32,000 nucleotides of DNA from Synechococcus sp. A15-24 (GTDB taxonomy: Bacteria > Cyanobacteriota > Cyanobacteriia > PCC-6307 > Cyanobiaceae), in the NCBI RefSeq assembly GCF_014280195.1, contig NZ_CP047960.1, positions 540,001 through 572,000 of the forward strand, written 5' to 3'. Every line of letters starts with the position of its first letter. The first letter of the stretch is position 1. The position numbers and the translations under genes were made by a program. The notes under the pieces were generated by a model. It searched no databases. It saw nothing but the letters and a program-made list of their open reading frames with translations, and had not been told where the DNA came from. Below are positions 8,308 to 16,696 of this stretch, piece by piece.

Positions 8308-9374
8308 CACAACCAACAGCGCCCCACCCATCCGGCTACTGGACGTTGTTGACCTCCGGGCTCACCGTTGTGATTGCTTTGGTGGGCGTATTGTTGATTC
8401 AGCCGCGTCTGAGTGAACGTCGGCTCAAGATCGACGATCAATACATTCTGACAGCAACCGAAGTGCGGTCTCTGCCAGCGGGAACCCTCTCCGTGGTGTT
8501 GGATCGTTCGCCCGGCGAGGACCATAACGATTTCAAATATCGACTGCTGGAGCTCGTGCTCAAGCGCAGTGGTCGCCCCTTCGCCCTTGGGCTCAGTGAA
8601 GTGGTGGTCGCGCAGGATGAAGCCGTTGCGGCGTTGGAACAAGGCGTCGCCAGCTTCAGCCGCAATCCCTTTGCCTTGAGCATTGGGGTCTATGGCGCTG
8701 GCGTGGATGTGAACCGACGTCTGCTGCCAGTACCCATCCCCGTGACCGGAGGCATCCTCGGACTGCGCAGCGGTTGGACGCATCAGAGTCAGATGGCGCG
8801 ACTGGCCACGATCCGGACCAGGCAGGATCTCGGCGACATCGTTCTGCTCCAGGGACTGGGCTGGAGTGATGTAGACATTTTTGATGCGGCTGGCCTACGC
8901 ACCTTCACCGCACGCTCAGAAGATCTGTTTCGTCTGGTGGATCACCAACGGGTGCAGTTGTTCCCCAGGGGTATTGCGGAGTTGGAGCGGGAGGCGCAGC
9001 TGATGGCGTCATCCACATCGGACACCGCTTTGGATCCACATCTGCTGCTTGCCTATCCCTTCGCCGGCTTCTTTTACGTCAGCCCTGACAATCAACCGCT
9101 GGCGGATGCGATCAGAACGGGATTTGAACGGGCGATCGCTGATGGCTCCTATCAGCGATTGGTGGAGGAGCTGATTTTCACCCCCTGGTTGCGCCGCACG
9201 CTCGTGCTCAAGAATCGCCGAGTGATCGTTCTGGCCAATCCGGTGGCGGCTGATGTTCTTCCCGCTGTAGAGAGTCGCCATTGGATCGTGCCCTGGCCTG
9301 AGCTGTTGAACGAGGAGATCGAGACAGGAGAGCAGTTGTGCGCTGCGCAAAAGTTGAAGGCTCTTTGCTCTTGA
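8304..9374 (+). CDS. Membrane-anchored periplasmic solute-binding protein, family 3 (type II PBP) like
   Basis: ATG 8304 overlaps the channel TGA (ATGA). An N-terminal TM anchor 'YWTLLTSGLTVVIALVGVLLI' is followed by a pattern typical of SBP_bac_3-like proteins: 'PVPIPVTGGILGLRS', 'LQGLGWSDVDIF', 'FRLVDHQRVQLFPRGIAELERE', 'LLLAYPFAGFFYVSPDNQPLADAI..GFERAIADGSYQRLVEEL'. Confidence 0.72.
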   Translation: MTQPTAPHPSGYWTLLTSGLTVVIALVGVLLIQPRLSERRLKIDDQYILTATEVRSLPAGTLSVVLDRSPGEDHNDFKYRLLELVLKRSGRPFALGLSEVVVAQDEAVAALEQGVASFSRNPFALSIGVYGAGVDVNRRLLPVPIPVTGGILGLRSGWTHQSQMARLATIRTRQDLGDIVLLQGLGWSDVDIFDAAGLRTFTARSEDLFRLVDHQRVQLFPRGIAELEREAQLMASSTSDTALDPHLLLAYPFAGFFYVSPDNQPLADAIRTGFERAIADGSYQRLVEELIFTPWLRRTLVLKNRRVIVLANPVAADVLPAVESRHWIVPWPELLNEEIETGEQLCAAQKLKALCS

Positions 9375-9531
9375 GATGGATGTGAATCTGATTCCCATGA
9401 TTGATTTTATTTCAAAATTTTTGAATTTGGGGATCAGGCTCTTTTGCTTTTCTGGTCCTGCAAATCGTCGGGCCTTTAGGCGTCAAAGCAGGTGGGATTC
9501 ACTGGCAAATATTTTCTATGTTTATTTGAAG

Positions 9532-9553
9532 CAAGGGCAGATTGTTGCCCTTG
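9532..9553. terminator. 8-bp stem / 6-nt loop hairpin between the binding-protein gene and the 3' end of tRNA-Thr; possible bidirectional terminator
   Basis: CAAGGGCA (9532-9539) pairs perfectly with TGCCCTTG (9546-9553). The hairpin lies in an A/T-rich context, 10 nt from the tRNA 3' end. No long U-tract follows on either strand. Confidence 0.4.
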
Positions 9554-9562
9554 ATTGTTAAA

Positions 9563-9635
9563 AGCCGATGACCTGACTTGAACAGGCGACCCACGCTTTA
9601 CGAAAGCGTTGCTCTACCGGCTGAGCTACATCGGC
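9563..9635 (-). tRNA. trnT: tRNA-Thr (anticodon CGU)
   Basis: The reverse complement reads GCCGATG-TA-GCTC-AGCCGGTA-GAGC-A-ACGCT-TTCGTAA-AGCGT-GGGTC-GCCTG-TTCAAGT-CAGGT-CATCGGC-T. This gives a full cloverleaf with a 7-bp acceptor stem, a GTTCAAG T-loop and anticodon CGT. CCA is not encoded. Confidence 0.9.
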
Positions 9636-9654
9636 AACAATAGCAATTTAACAT

Positions 9655-9966
9655 TTGAGACTGTGCCTGGCCGCCGTTTTGGACGAGAACCCAACATCAC
9701 GGAAAGAATTGGCCCCGGCGTTGCGGGACCGTTTGATCCGTGAATCACGCACCCCCTGGCGTGGGCTCCGGCGTTTGGTCTGGTTCGCGTTGTTCGCCTC
9801 CGCCGGCCTGGGACTGTTCACCATGCTCTTCCGTGCTTCCGCTGGCGACAGCGTCGAGATCTCCGACTTCGGGATCCAGGGGGGTGCTCTCCTCCTCTTC
9901 AGCAGCCTGCTCTGGTTCGATCGCAGCCGTGATGTCGATGTCGATCAGGGCGGTGGCGACGGCTGA
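9655..9966 (+). CDS. DUF3493-like small two-TM protein (cyanobacteria/plastid-lineage family)
   Basis: 'LRDRLIRESRTPWRGLRRLVWFALFASAGLGLFTMLF' followed by a second TM 'GGALLLFSSLLWF' matches my recollection of the DUF3493 layout. Only a TTG start (9655) or downstream TTG starts are available, so the start is uncertain. Confidence 0.55.
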   Translation: MRLCLAAVLDENPTSRKELAPALRDRLIRESRTPWRGLRRLVWFALFASAGLGLFTMLFRASAGDSVEISDFGIQGGALLLFSSLLWFDRSRDVDVDQGGGDG

Positions 9967-10728
9967 GTCGTCCTCGCTGGTTGCTGCGTCGATGGACGCT
10001 GTGTCTTCCGGGACATCGGAGGTTGGCTCCTGATCCGGCCCGTTGGTTGGTTCCGGAGTGGGTTCCGGTTCGTTTGAAGGCTCCGGAGTAGAGACGGGGG
10101 GTGGTTCCGGAGTGGGCGAGGGGGTCGGTTCCACTGGCTCCGGCCAGGTCAAGGGGGCGAATTGCAGGAGCTGTAGGCCAAAGCTCGTGCGTTCCTGCCG
10201 CAGCTGATCAAGGCTCCACGGTTCAGCGGCGGAGTCGTTCTGTGGTGCTTGGACCAACAGGAGCACCGCCTGCACCAGTTGCTGGATCTGCCAGATCAGT
10301 AAGGCCAACAGTGGCGCCGTCAGCAGCAAGCTCACCAGTCGTGAGCTGCCCTGCAAAGGCGAGAATTCGTGGATCAGCCCTGCAGATTCATCCAGCCACC
10401 ACAGCAGCGGTAGCAGCAGAACAGTGCAACCCACCAGCGCTGAGCGGCTTCCCCATTGGCTCTCGGAGGCGCTGAGCCTCAACTGATCGCTGCTGCGGGA
10501 CGCCACGGGAAGGCGCAGCAGCAGCAGGGATCCCCAGTCCGCAGGACGTTGCCACAGCGCGATGGCAGGCGCCACAACGCCGACTCCCCAGATCAACAGA
10601 CGCTCCACGATCGGCACAGGGCCTGGATCCGCTCCTGCCAAAAGGAGGCGGATCAGCAGCAGTTCCAGGGGGATCACGCCGATGGCTAGGCACTGAAGCC
10701 AAAGCAGGGGTTCGCGGCGGGATTGCAC
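9745..10728 (-). CDS. Multi-TM membrane protein with a long acidic/Pro-rich low-complexity C-terminal tail
   Basis: The N-terminal ~170 aa contain about five TM helices ('LLWLQCLAIGVIPLELLLIRLLLAG', 'LLIWGVGVVAPAIALW', and others). They are followed by 'PEPVEPTPSPTPEPPPVSTPEPSNEPEPTPEPT...EEEES...'. The gene starts 14 nt downstream of the infB stop on the same strand. The layout resembles what I recall as the cyanobacterial 'low-complexity tail membrane protein' family. Confidence 0.6.
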   Translation of the reverse strand: MQSRREPLLWLQCLAIGVIPLELLLIRLLLAGADPGPVPIVERLLIWGVGVVAPAIALWQRPADWGSLLLLRLPVASRSSDQLRLSASESQWGSRSALVGCTVLLLPLLWWLDESAGLIHEFSPLQGSSRLVSLLLTAPLLALLIWQIQQLVQAVLLLVQAPQNDSAAEPWSLDQLRQERTSFGLQLLQFAPLTWPEPVEPTPSPTPEPPPVSTPEPSNEPEPTPEPTNGPDQEPTSDVPEDTASIDAATSEDDSAVATALIDIDITAAIEPEQAAEEEESTPLDPEVGDLDAVASGSTEEHGEQSQAGGGEQREPDQTPEPTPGGA

Positions 10729-10742
10729 GGCGGAACGGAGCC

Positions 10743-13700
10743 TCAGGTGGTGAGTTTGCGGCGCTGGGTGACCATCTTGAAGGCCTCAATCCGGTCGCCG
10801 TCTTCCCAGTTGGCAAAGCGATCGGTGCCGACACCACACTCGAAGCCGGTGGCCACCTCCTTGACGTCGTCCTTGTTGCGGCGCAACGAGTCGAGGTCGC
10901 CGTCGTACACCACCTGGGAGCCGCGATGGACACGCACCTTGCAGTTGCGTTGCAACTTGCCGGTGGTGACGTAGCAGCCCGCGACGGCGCTCTTGCCAAT
11001 GGTGAACACCGCCCGCACTTCGGCTTCGCCGAGGGCTTCCTCCACCAGTTCGGGCTCCAACAAGCCCTCCATCGCTAACTGGATGTCCTCCAGCAGCTTG
11101 TAGATCACGTCGTAATCGCGCACATCCACGCCGGTGGCATCTGCTGCCTTCTTGGCACCAGAGGCCATTGAGGTGTTGAAGCCCACGATCACGGCGCCGG
11201 AGGCGGCCGCCAGGTCGACGTCTGTTTCGGTGACCTCTCCCGGTGCCGATAGCAGCACACGAACCTGGACCTCGTCCTTGGGCAATTGCTCAAGGGAGCC
11301 AAGGATTGCTTCCACAGAGCCCTGGACATCAGCCTTGAGGATCAAGTTCAGCTCCTTCAGCTCGCCTTCATTGGCCTGACCTGACATCGCTGTGAGCGAC
11401 ACCCGGCGCGAGGCCATCTGCTGCGCTAAGCGTGTGGCGCGAGCATCCGACGCACGATCTCCCACAACAGCCCGTGCTGATTTCTCGTCGGGATACACCT
11501 CGAATTCGTCGCCAGCGGTCGGAACCTCGCTGAAACCGAGGGCCTCAACGGCAAACGAAGGACCAGCCTCTTTAAGACGTTGGCGGTTGTCGTCGACCAT
11601 GGCCCGAACCTTGCCGAGCACCGGCCCGGCCGCCACGACATCGCCGGTCTTGAGGGTGCCGTTCTGCACCAGCAGGGTGGCCACAGGACCCTTGGCCTTG
11701 TCGAGGTGAGCCTCGATCACAGTGCCGCGGGCCAGGCGATCCGGATTGGCCTGAAGGTCTTCCACTTCGGTGACCAGCAGCAGCATCTCCAGCAACTTGT
11801 CGATGTTCTCGCCCTTGATGGCACTCACTGGCACCATCACCACATCGCCGCCCCAGTCTTCCGCCAGCAGGTTCTGCTCGGACAGCTCCTGCTTCACCCG
11901 GTCGGGGGAGGCCCCTTCCTTATCAATCTTGTTAATTGCCACCACAATCGGCACCTCTGCAGCCCGGGCGTGGCTGATGGCTTCCAGCGTCTGGGGGCGA
12001 ACGCCGTCGTCAGCGGCAACCACCAGAACGGCCACGTCCGTCACCTTGGTGCCGCGGGCCCGCATGGCCGTGAAGGCTTCGTGGCCCGGGGTGTCGAGGA
12101 AGGTGAGCTTGCGGGCTTCGTCGTTGTGGTCGATCTCGACCTGATAAGCACCGATGTGCTGGGTGATGCCGCCGGCCTCGCCGGCAGCGACCCGCGCCTT
12201 GCGGATCGCATCGAGAAGGCTCGTTTTGCCGTGGTCGACGTGACCCATGACCGTGACCACGGGTGGACGACGGATGAGGTGTTCCTTGTCGGCTTCTTCG
12301 ATCATCTCGACGGTCTTCTTGGCCGCCTCCTCCACGTCGTCCTGGAGCACCGGAACGCCGAATTCATCGGCCACCGTCTCGATGGTGTTCATGTCCAGGG
12401 TCTGGGTGACCGTGGCAATGATTCCTTTGAAGAACAAGGATTTGATGATCTCGGAGCTCTCGACGCTGAGCATGTCGGCCAGCTCCTGCACCGTGAGGTT
12501 GTCCTCCGGAACGATCAGCATCTCCGGCCGCACCTGCTTGGCCTCGCGGGCAGCGCGCAGTTCCATCGCCCGACGCCGCTGGCGTTGACGCGTGGTTTCC
12601 TTCTTCCGCTTCCGCATCGCCGCCATCGGCTTGGGAGCGGCCTTTTTCTGCGACTTCGGCTTGGCGGGGCGAGCCAGGCTGGCGGACAGCACAATGGCTT
12701 GCTGTTCGCCGGCGAATCCTCCGGTTTCAGCGGTCAGAGCATCGTCGTTCTCGCCGATGATGTGGACCTTCTGGCGCTGCTTCTGTGGCGAACGGCTGCG
12801 CAGGGCTTCCAGCTTGGCGCTGTCATCCCAGTCCGGACGTCCAGGGCGGCGTTGGCCGCCGGGTGCACCGGGACGGAAACCACCGGGGCGACGCGGTGCG
12901 GTTGGGGCTGTAGGGCGTGCCACCGGTGGCGTGGCCGTTCCGGCACCGTCGCCAGTTTTGGTGGGGGCATCGGGCCGGCGGGGGGCCGGCGCCGTGGGGC
13001 GTCCAACGGGCTTCTGCAGTTGCATGAGCTCGCCCGGTGCCACGGGTTTGCGCATGCCGCTTGGCATGCCAGGGCGTTGCGGGCTGCCGGCACCGGGGCG
13101 TGTCGGTGGGGCCGGACGACCGCCGATTCCGGTGGAACTGCCGTCCCGGCGGATCGGCTTGCCCACCAGCTCCAGGGTGTTGCCGCCGCTGCGGGTCGGC
13201 GCGCCAGGTCGTGTTGGACGCCCAGGACTTCCGGGACGCTGCGGGACACCGGTTCCAGGGCGTTGCGGTGCACCAGCTCCGCTGCGGGTGGGTGCTCCGG
13301 TGCCGGGACGCCGCGGAACAGGCTTGCCCACCAGCTCAGGACGAGGTGTGGGGCGCGTGGGTGGCCCCGCTTTGACAGGTGCACCTGGACGCGCTGGTGC
13401 TGGAGCCCCTGGACGGGTTGGAGCACCGGGGCGAGGTTCTGATCCAGGGCGGGAAACGATCTGTGGCTTCTGTCCTGCGCCTGGCGTTGGGCGGCTGGGG
13501 ACAGCTGCAGGCCGTGGTTTGGGTTGATCGGCCGCGGGACGCGCGGGTGCCGGACGGGCCGGGGCCGGTCGTGCCGGGGCTGGTTTGGCGGCAGCGGGTT
13601 TGGCTGGTGCGGGCTTAGCGGCAGCTGGTTTGGCTGGCGCGGGTTTTGCAACCGTTGGCTTAGCAACCGTTGGCTTGACGACTGAGGGGCGAGCCGGTGG

Positions 13701-14303
13701 AGTCGTTGGTTTCGACGGCGCAGAAGCCGCGGCGGGCGTGGCCGGCTTCGGCTTGCTGACGACCTCAGGCTTGGCCGGCTGAGGACGCGGTGGCGGAGCA
13801 GCGGCAGGTCTCGGCACTGGTTTGGCCGGTACTGCTGGGGCCGCTGCCTTCGCTGGTGCTGGACGGGCCGGCGCCGCTGGAGCTGCAGGCTTCGCTGGGG
13901 CTGCAGGCTTAGACGCTGATGCTGCAGGCTTCGCTGGGGCTGCAGGCTTAGACGCTGATGCTGCAGGCTTCGCTGGGGCTGCAGGCTTAGACGCTGATGC
14001 TGCAGGCTTGGCTGGTGCTGCGGGTTTCGCCTGAGCCGGTGCTGGTTTGGCGGGAGCCGCTTTCTTGACTGACAGGATCGCCTTGCCAGGAGCTGGTTTG
14101 GCCGGTGCAGGTGCAGACGCTTTGCTGGCGTTGCCTTTCGACTTCAGCAGGCTGCGGATCTGTCCGGCTTCGGCGTCACTGATGGAGCTGCTGTGGCTCT
14201 TGGCTGCGATCGACAGCTTCTCGGCCGCATCCAGCACGTCCTTGTTCTCAAGGCCCAGGTCCTTGGACAGCTCGTAAATTCTGACTTTGCCGCTGCTGGT
14301 CAT
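10743..14303 (-). CDS. infB: Translation initiation factor IF-2 with a ~600-aa Pro/Ala/Lys-rich N-terminal extension
   Basis: The N-terminal domain is '[30 protein letters not shown]'. The G-domain has '[12 protein letters not shown]', 'DTPGHEAF' and 'NKID', and the C-terminal domains are conserved through to '[10 protein letters not shown]'. Confidence 0.97.
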   Translation of the reverse strand: MTSSGKVRIYELSKDLGLENKDVLDAAEKLSIAAKSHSSSISDAEAGQIRSLLKSKGNASKASAPAPAKPAPGKAILSVKKAAPAKPAPAQAKPAAPAKPAASASKPAAPAKPAASASKPAAPAKPAASASKPAAPAKPAAPAAPARPAPAKAAAPAVPAKPVPRPAAAPPPRPQPAKPEVVSKPKPATPAAASAPSKPTTPPARPSVVKPTVAKPTVAKPAPAKPAAAKPAPAKPAAAKPAPARPAPARPAPARPAADQPKPRPAAVPSRPTPGAGQKPQIVSRPGSEPRPGAPTRPGAPAPARPGAPVKAGPPTRPTPRPELVGKPVPRRPGTGAPTRSGAGAPQRPGTGVPQRPGSPGRPTRPGAPTRSGGNTLELVGKPIRRDGSSTGIGGRPAPPTRPGAGSPQRPGMPSGMRKPVAPGELMQLQKPVGRPTAPAPRRPDAPTKTGDGAGTATPPVARPTAPTAPRRPGGFRPGAPGGQRRPGRPDWDDSAKLEALRSRSPQKQRQKVHIIGENDDALTAETGGFAGEQQAIVLSASLARPAKPKSQKKAAPKPMAAMRKRKKETTRQRQRRRAMELRAAREAKQVRPEMLIVPEDNLTVQELADMLSVESSEIIKSLFFKGIIATVTQTLDMNTIETVADEFGVPVLQDDVEEAAKKTVEMIEEADKEHLIRRPPVVTVMGHVDHGKTSLLDAIRKARVAAGEAGGITQHIGAYQVEIDHNDEARKLTFLDTPGHEAFTAMRARGTKVTDVAVLVVAADDGVRPQTLEAISHARAAEVPIVVAINKIDKEGASPDRVKQELSEQNLLAEDWGGDVVMVPVSAIKGENIDKLLEMLLLVTEVEDLQANPDRLARGTVIEAHLDKAKGPVATLLVQNGTLKTGDVVAAGPVLGKVRAMVDDNRQRLKEAGPSFAVEALGFSEVPTAGDEFEVYPDEKSARAVVGDRASDARATRLAQQMASRRVSLTAMSGQANEGELKELNLILKADVQGSVEAILGSLEQLPKDEVQVRVLLSAPGEVTETDVDLAAASGAVIVGFNTSMASGAKKAADATGVDVRDYDVIYKLLEDIQLAMEGLLEPELVEEALGEAEVRAVFTIGKSAVAGCYVTTGKLQRNCKVRVHRGSQVVYDGDLDSLRRNKDDVKEVATGFECGVGTDRFANWEDGDRIEAFKMVTQRRKLTT
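13882..14009. repeat. Perfect 39-bp tandem repeat, 3.3 copies, in frame inside infB
   Basis: The unit 'gctgcaggcttcgctggggctgcaggcttagacgctgat' occurs at 13882-13920, 13921-13959 and 13960-13998 without a mismatch, plus an 11-nt partial fourth copy. It encodes ([13 protein letters not shown])x3 on the minus strand. Confidence 0.95.
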
Positions 14304-14372
14304 TCAGGTCGGATCTCCGGTCGGGCCGGGCACGGTGTGCCGCGGTGGCCACACGCAATGTGGGGCCAATGT

Positions 14373-14651
14373 TCAGTTTGCCTCAGCGGTCACGTCCGTG
14401 GCATCACGGAGCCGCTGTCCCAACGCTGCGAGGACGTCATCGGGCACCTGACAACGCAGGGCTTTCTGAAGTCGTTTGCGGCGCCTGGCCTCCTCGAGGC
14501 ATGCCTCGCGTTGACAGAGGTAGGCCGATCGACCCATCCCTCTGTCAACACGGACCCCATCCTGATGGTCTCGGATCACCCTCCAGAGGGAGCGGCGATC
14601 CAGAAGCTGGCGGCAGGCCACACAGCGACGCAGGATGGGGCGTTGATTCAC
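14373..14651 (-). CDS. ylxR: YlxR/DUF448-family RNA-binding protein of the nusA-infB operon
   Basis: 'RRCVACRQLLDRRSLWRV...GRSAYLC' is the typical YlxR motif, and the gene lies between nusA and infB. The GTG start at 14651 overlaps the nusA TGA (GTGA). Confidence 0.85.
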   Translation of the reverse strand: MNQRPILRRCVACRQLLDRRSLWRVIRDHQDGVRVDRGMGRSAYLCQREACLEEARRRKRLQKALRCQVPDDVLAALGQRLRDATDVTAEAN

Positions 14652-16075
14652 CGGGCAACCTCGCCGTCGTCCTCAGGGGCAGGTTCCTCGCTGGTCGGCT
14701 CCTCTCCGGGCAGCTCTTCAGAAGCGGTGGCCTCGATCTGCTCGCTTTCGCCCAACTCGTCTCCCTCCACGTAATCCTCATCGTCTTCAGGCAGCGGATA
14801 GAGCTCCCGCAGGCGGGCATCTTCTTCGGCACGTGCGGCCTGCTCCGCGGCCAGCCGTTCCTCCGCCTCCATCTGCAGCGCCTCTTCCTGTTCTCGTTGA
14901 GAGATCAGCTCGGCGACCACGGCGTCTTCTGCGGCCTGGTCGTACTCCGTGGAGTTCTTGATGTCGATCTTCCAGCCCGTGAGGCGTGCCGCCAGCCGCA
15001 CGTTCTGCCCCTCGCGACCGATGGCCAGGCTGAGTTGGTCGGGGGGAACCAGCACATGGGCGTGCTGACCGAGTGGATCCACCAGGCGAACCATTTCAAC
15101 CCGCGCCGGACTGAGGGAGTTGGCGATGTACTGGCCGGGGTCCTGGGACCAGCGGATCACATCGATCTTCTCGCCGCGCAGTTCGTTCACCACCTGCTGG
15201 ATGCGTGAACCGCGGGCACCGATGCAGGCACCCACCGGATCCACTTCCCGTTCGATGCTGTCCACTGCCACCTTGGTACGGGGGCCGACGGACCGTGATG
15301 GTGGGTTGGCTTCCCGTGCCACCGCCACGATGCGGACCGATCCCTCCTGGATTTCGGGCACCTCGTTTTCAAAGAGGTAAACCACCAAGCCCGCATTGGA
15401 GCGGCTGACAAACAGCTGCGGGCCGCGCCGCGGCACCTCGCTCACCTCTTTGAGGAACACCTTGAAGGTGGCATTGGCGCGGTAGTTGTCGTTGGGGAGC
15501 TGATCGCGGCGAGGCAGTTCGGCTTCCACTTCAGGCCTGCCCAACCCTGAGCTCACGGCCATGATCACGGATTGACGCTCAAACCGGATCACCCGTGCGG
15601 TCAGCACAGGGTCTTCCAGATCGGCGAACTCCTCCTGGATCATGCGGCGCTGTTGATCCCGCAGCTTCTGGGCCAGCACCTGCTTTGTGGTGGCAGCCGC
15701 CATGCGGCCGAAATCATCCTTCTCCGGAGTGACGTCAAGCACCACGGTGTCGCCCGCCTGAGCGTCGTCCGCCACCTGCATCACCTCCTCCAGGGCGATC
15801 TGGTGGTCTTCACTTTCCACCTCCTCCACGATGATTTTGCTCGCCAGAACCCGGTAGCCCTCTTCCTCCAGGTCGAGTCCGACATCGAAATTGCTGAAGT
15901 ACTCCTCGTCAAAGGGGTCTTCGCTGATGCCTAGATACATGGTGCGCCGATAACGCTCGTAGCCCTTCAGCAGGGCTTCGCGCAGGGCCGCTTCCACCAC
16001 CTGAGGCGGCAACTTCTTCTCTTCGCTGATGTCGTCGATCAGGTTGCTGAGGCCTGGAAGCAGAACGAGAGCCAT
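14648..16075 (-). CDS. nusA: Transcription termination/antitermination factor NusA with an acidic C-terminal tail
   Basis: The NusA N-terminal domain, S1 domain and two KH domains are present ('[27 protein letters not shown]', '[25 protein letters not shown]'). The last ~95 aa are Glu/Asp-rich. Confidence 0.96.
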   Translation of the reverse strand: MALVLLPGLSNLIDDISEEKKLPPQVVEAALREALLKGYERYRRTMYLGISEDPFDEEYFSNFDVGLDLEEEGYRVLASKIIVEEVESEDHQIALEEVMQVADDAQAGDTVVLDVTPEKDDFGRMAAATTKQVLAQKLRDQQRRMIQEEFADLEDPVLTARVIRFERQSVIMAVSSGLGRPEVEAELPRRDQLPNDNYRANATFKVFLKEVSEVPRRGPQLFVSRSNAGLVVYLFENEVPEIQEGSVRIVAVAREANPPSRSVGPRTKVAVDSIEREVDPVGACIGARGSRIQQVVNELRGEKIDVIRWSQDPGQYIANSLSPARVEMVRLVDPLGQHAHVLVPPDQLSLAIGREGQNVRLAARLTGWKIDIKNSTEYDQAAEDAVVAELISQREQEEALQMEAEERLAAEQAARAEEDARLRELYPLPEDDEDYVEGDELGESEQIEATASEELPGEEPTSEEPAPEDDGEVAR

Positions 16076-16122
16076 TGGGTCGAGGTGTCAGAGGTGATGA
16101 GAAAGCTGTTCGGTTCGACTGG

Positions 16123-16623
16123 TTACGAGCCGGGACTTGTGAGGCGGACACTGAGCACGTGATCGCGGGGCAGGCGTTTGATCCGGCCGCGGATGTTGAT
16201 CTGCAGCGTGTCCTCGTCTCGCTCCAGCAGCAGCCCTTCCAGCCGCTGTTCCGTGTCATTTCTGTCGCGATGCACGACTTCCACAGGAAAACCCCGGAAG
16301 GTCTGAAAGTCGCGATCGCTGGACAGGGTCTCCCCGATCCCAGGACTGCTGATCTCCAGAACATAGGCCTCGCTCAGCAGCTGAGCGCTCTCCAGAGCCT
16401 CTCCAAGGGTTCCACTGAAACCGGCGCAATCATCCAGGTTGACGTCAACATCGTTGCTGCGGCGGATGTGGACCTCCAGCGTCATCGGAGCCAGATGCGT
16501 AAGCAGCTGGATACCGCACAGTTCAAAGCCCTGATCTGCGGCCACGGATGTGGCCAGGGACTCGAGTTCAGGAAGCAGGGGATGCGGCAATGGAAACTGA
16601 GGTCGGGCAAGCCCGACGTGCAT
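16123..16623 (-). CDS. rimP: Ribosome maturation factor RimP
   Basis: 'YVLEISSPGIGETLSSDRDFQTFRGFPVEV' is the RimP core (compare LEVSSPG), and the gene lies immediately upstream of nusA. Confidence 0.85.
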   Translation of the reverse strand: MHVGLARPQFPLPHPLLPELESLATSVAADQGFELCGIQLLTHLAPMTLEVHIRRSNDVDVNLDDCAGFSGTLGEALESAQLLSEAYVLEISSPGIGETLSSDRDFQTFRGFPVEVVHRDRNDTEQRLEGLLLERDEDTLQINIRGRIKRLPRDHVLSVRLTSPGS

Positions 16624-16696
16624 TCAGTTGTGGCCGATCTCCCTCGGGAGCTGCGCGTCGGACACAAATTCAATGTATCCGACGGCCTGACGAATG

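Noticed and set aside
9376-9561. Annotating the 61-aa ORF in the low-GC spacer as a CDS
   Set aside because: No recognisable family, atypical composition, and no SD sequence. The evidence is too weak for a feature call, so it is mentioned only as something to test.
7165-9635. Calling the channel/binding-protein cassette a tRNA-Thr-associated genomic island
   Set aside because: I could not find an integrase, a direct repeat of the tRNA 3' end at the far boundary, or a compositional difference in the two genes; only the 188-nt spacer is low in GC. The idea is kept only as a hypothesis in the spacer finding.
11580-13442. A 620-aa plus-strand ORF, together with 12592-13527, 12734-13666 and other long ORFs, overlapping infB
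   Set aside because: These are shadow ORFs created by high GC and the repetitive Pro/Ala coding of infB on the minus strand. Their translations are Gly/Arg/Ala low-complexity with no motifs, whereas infB is unambiguous.
13882-14009. Regularly spaced direct repeats that might suggest a CRISPR array
   Set aside because: The units are contiguous with no spacers, 39 bp long, in frame, and inside the infB coding sequence. This is a coding tandem repeat, not a CRISPR array.
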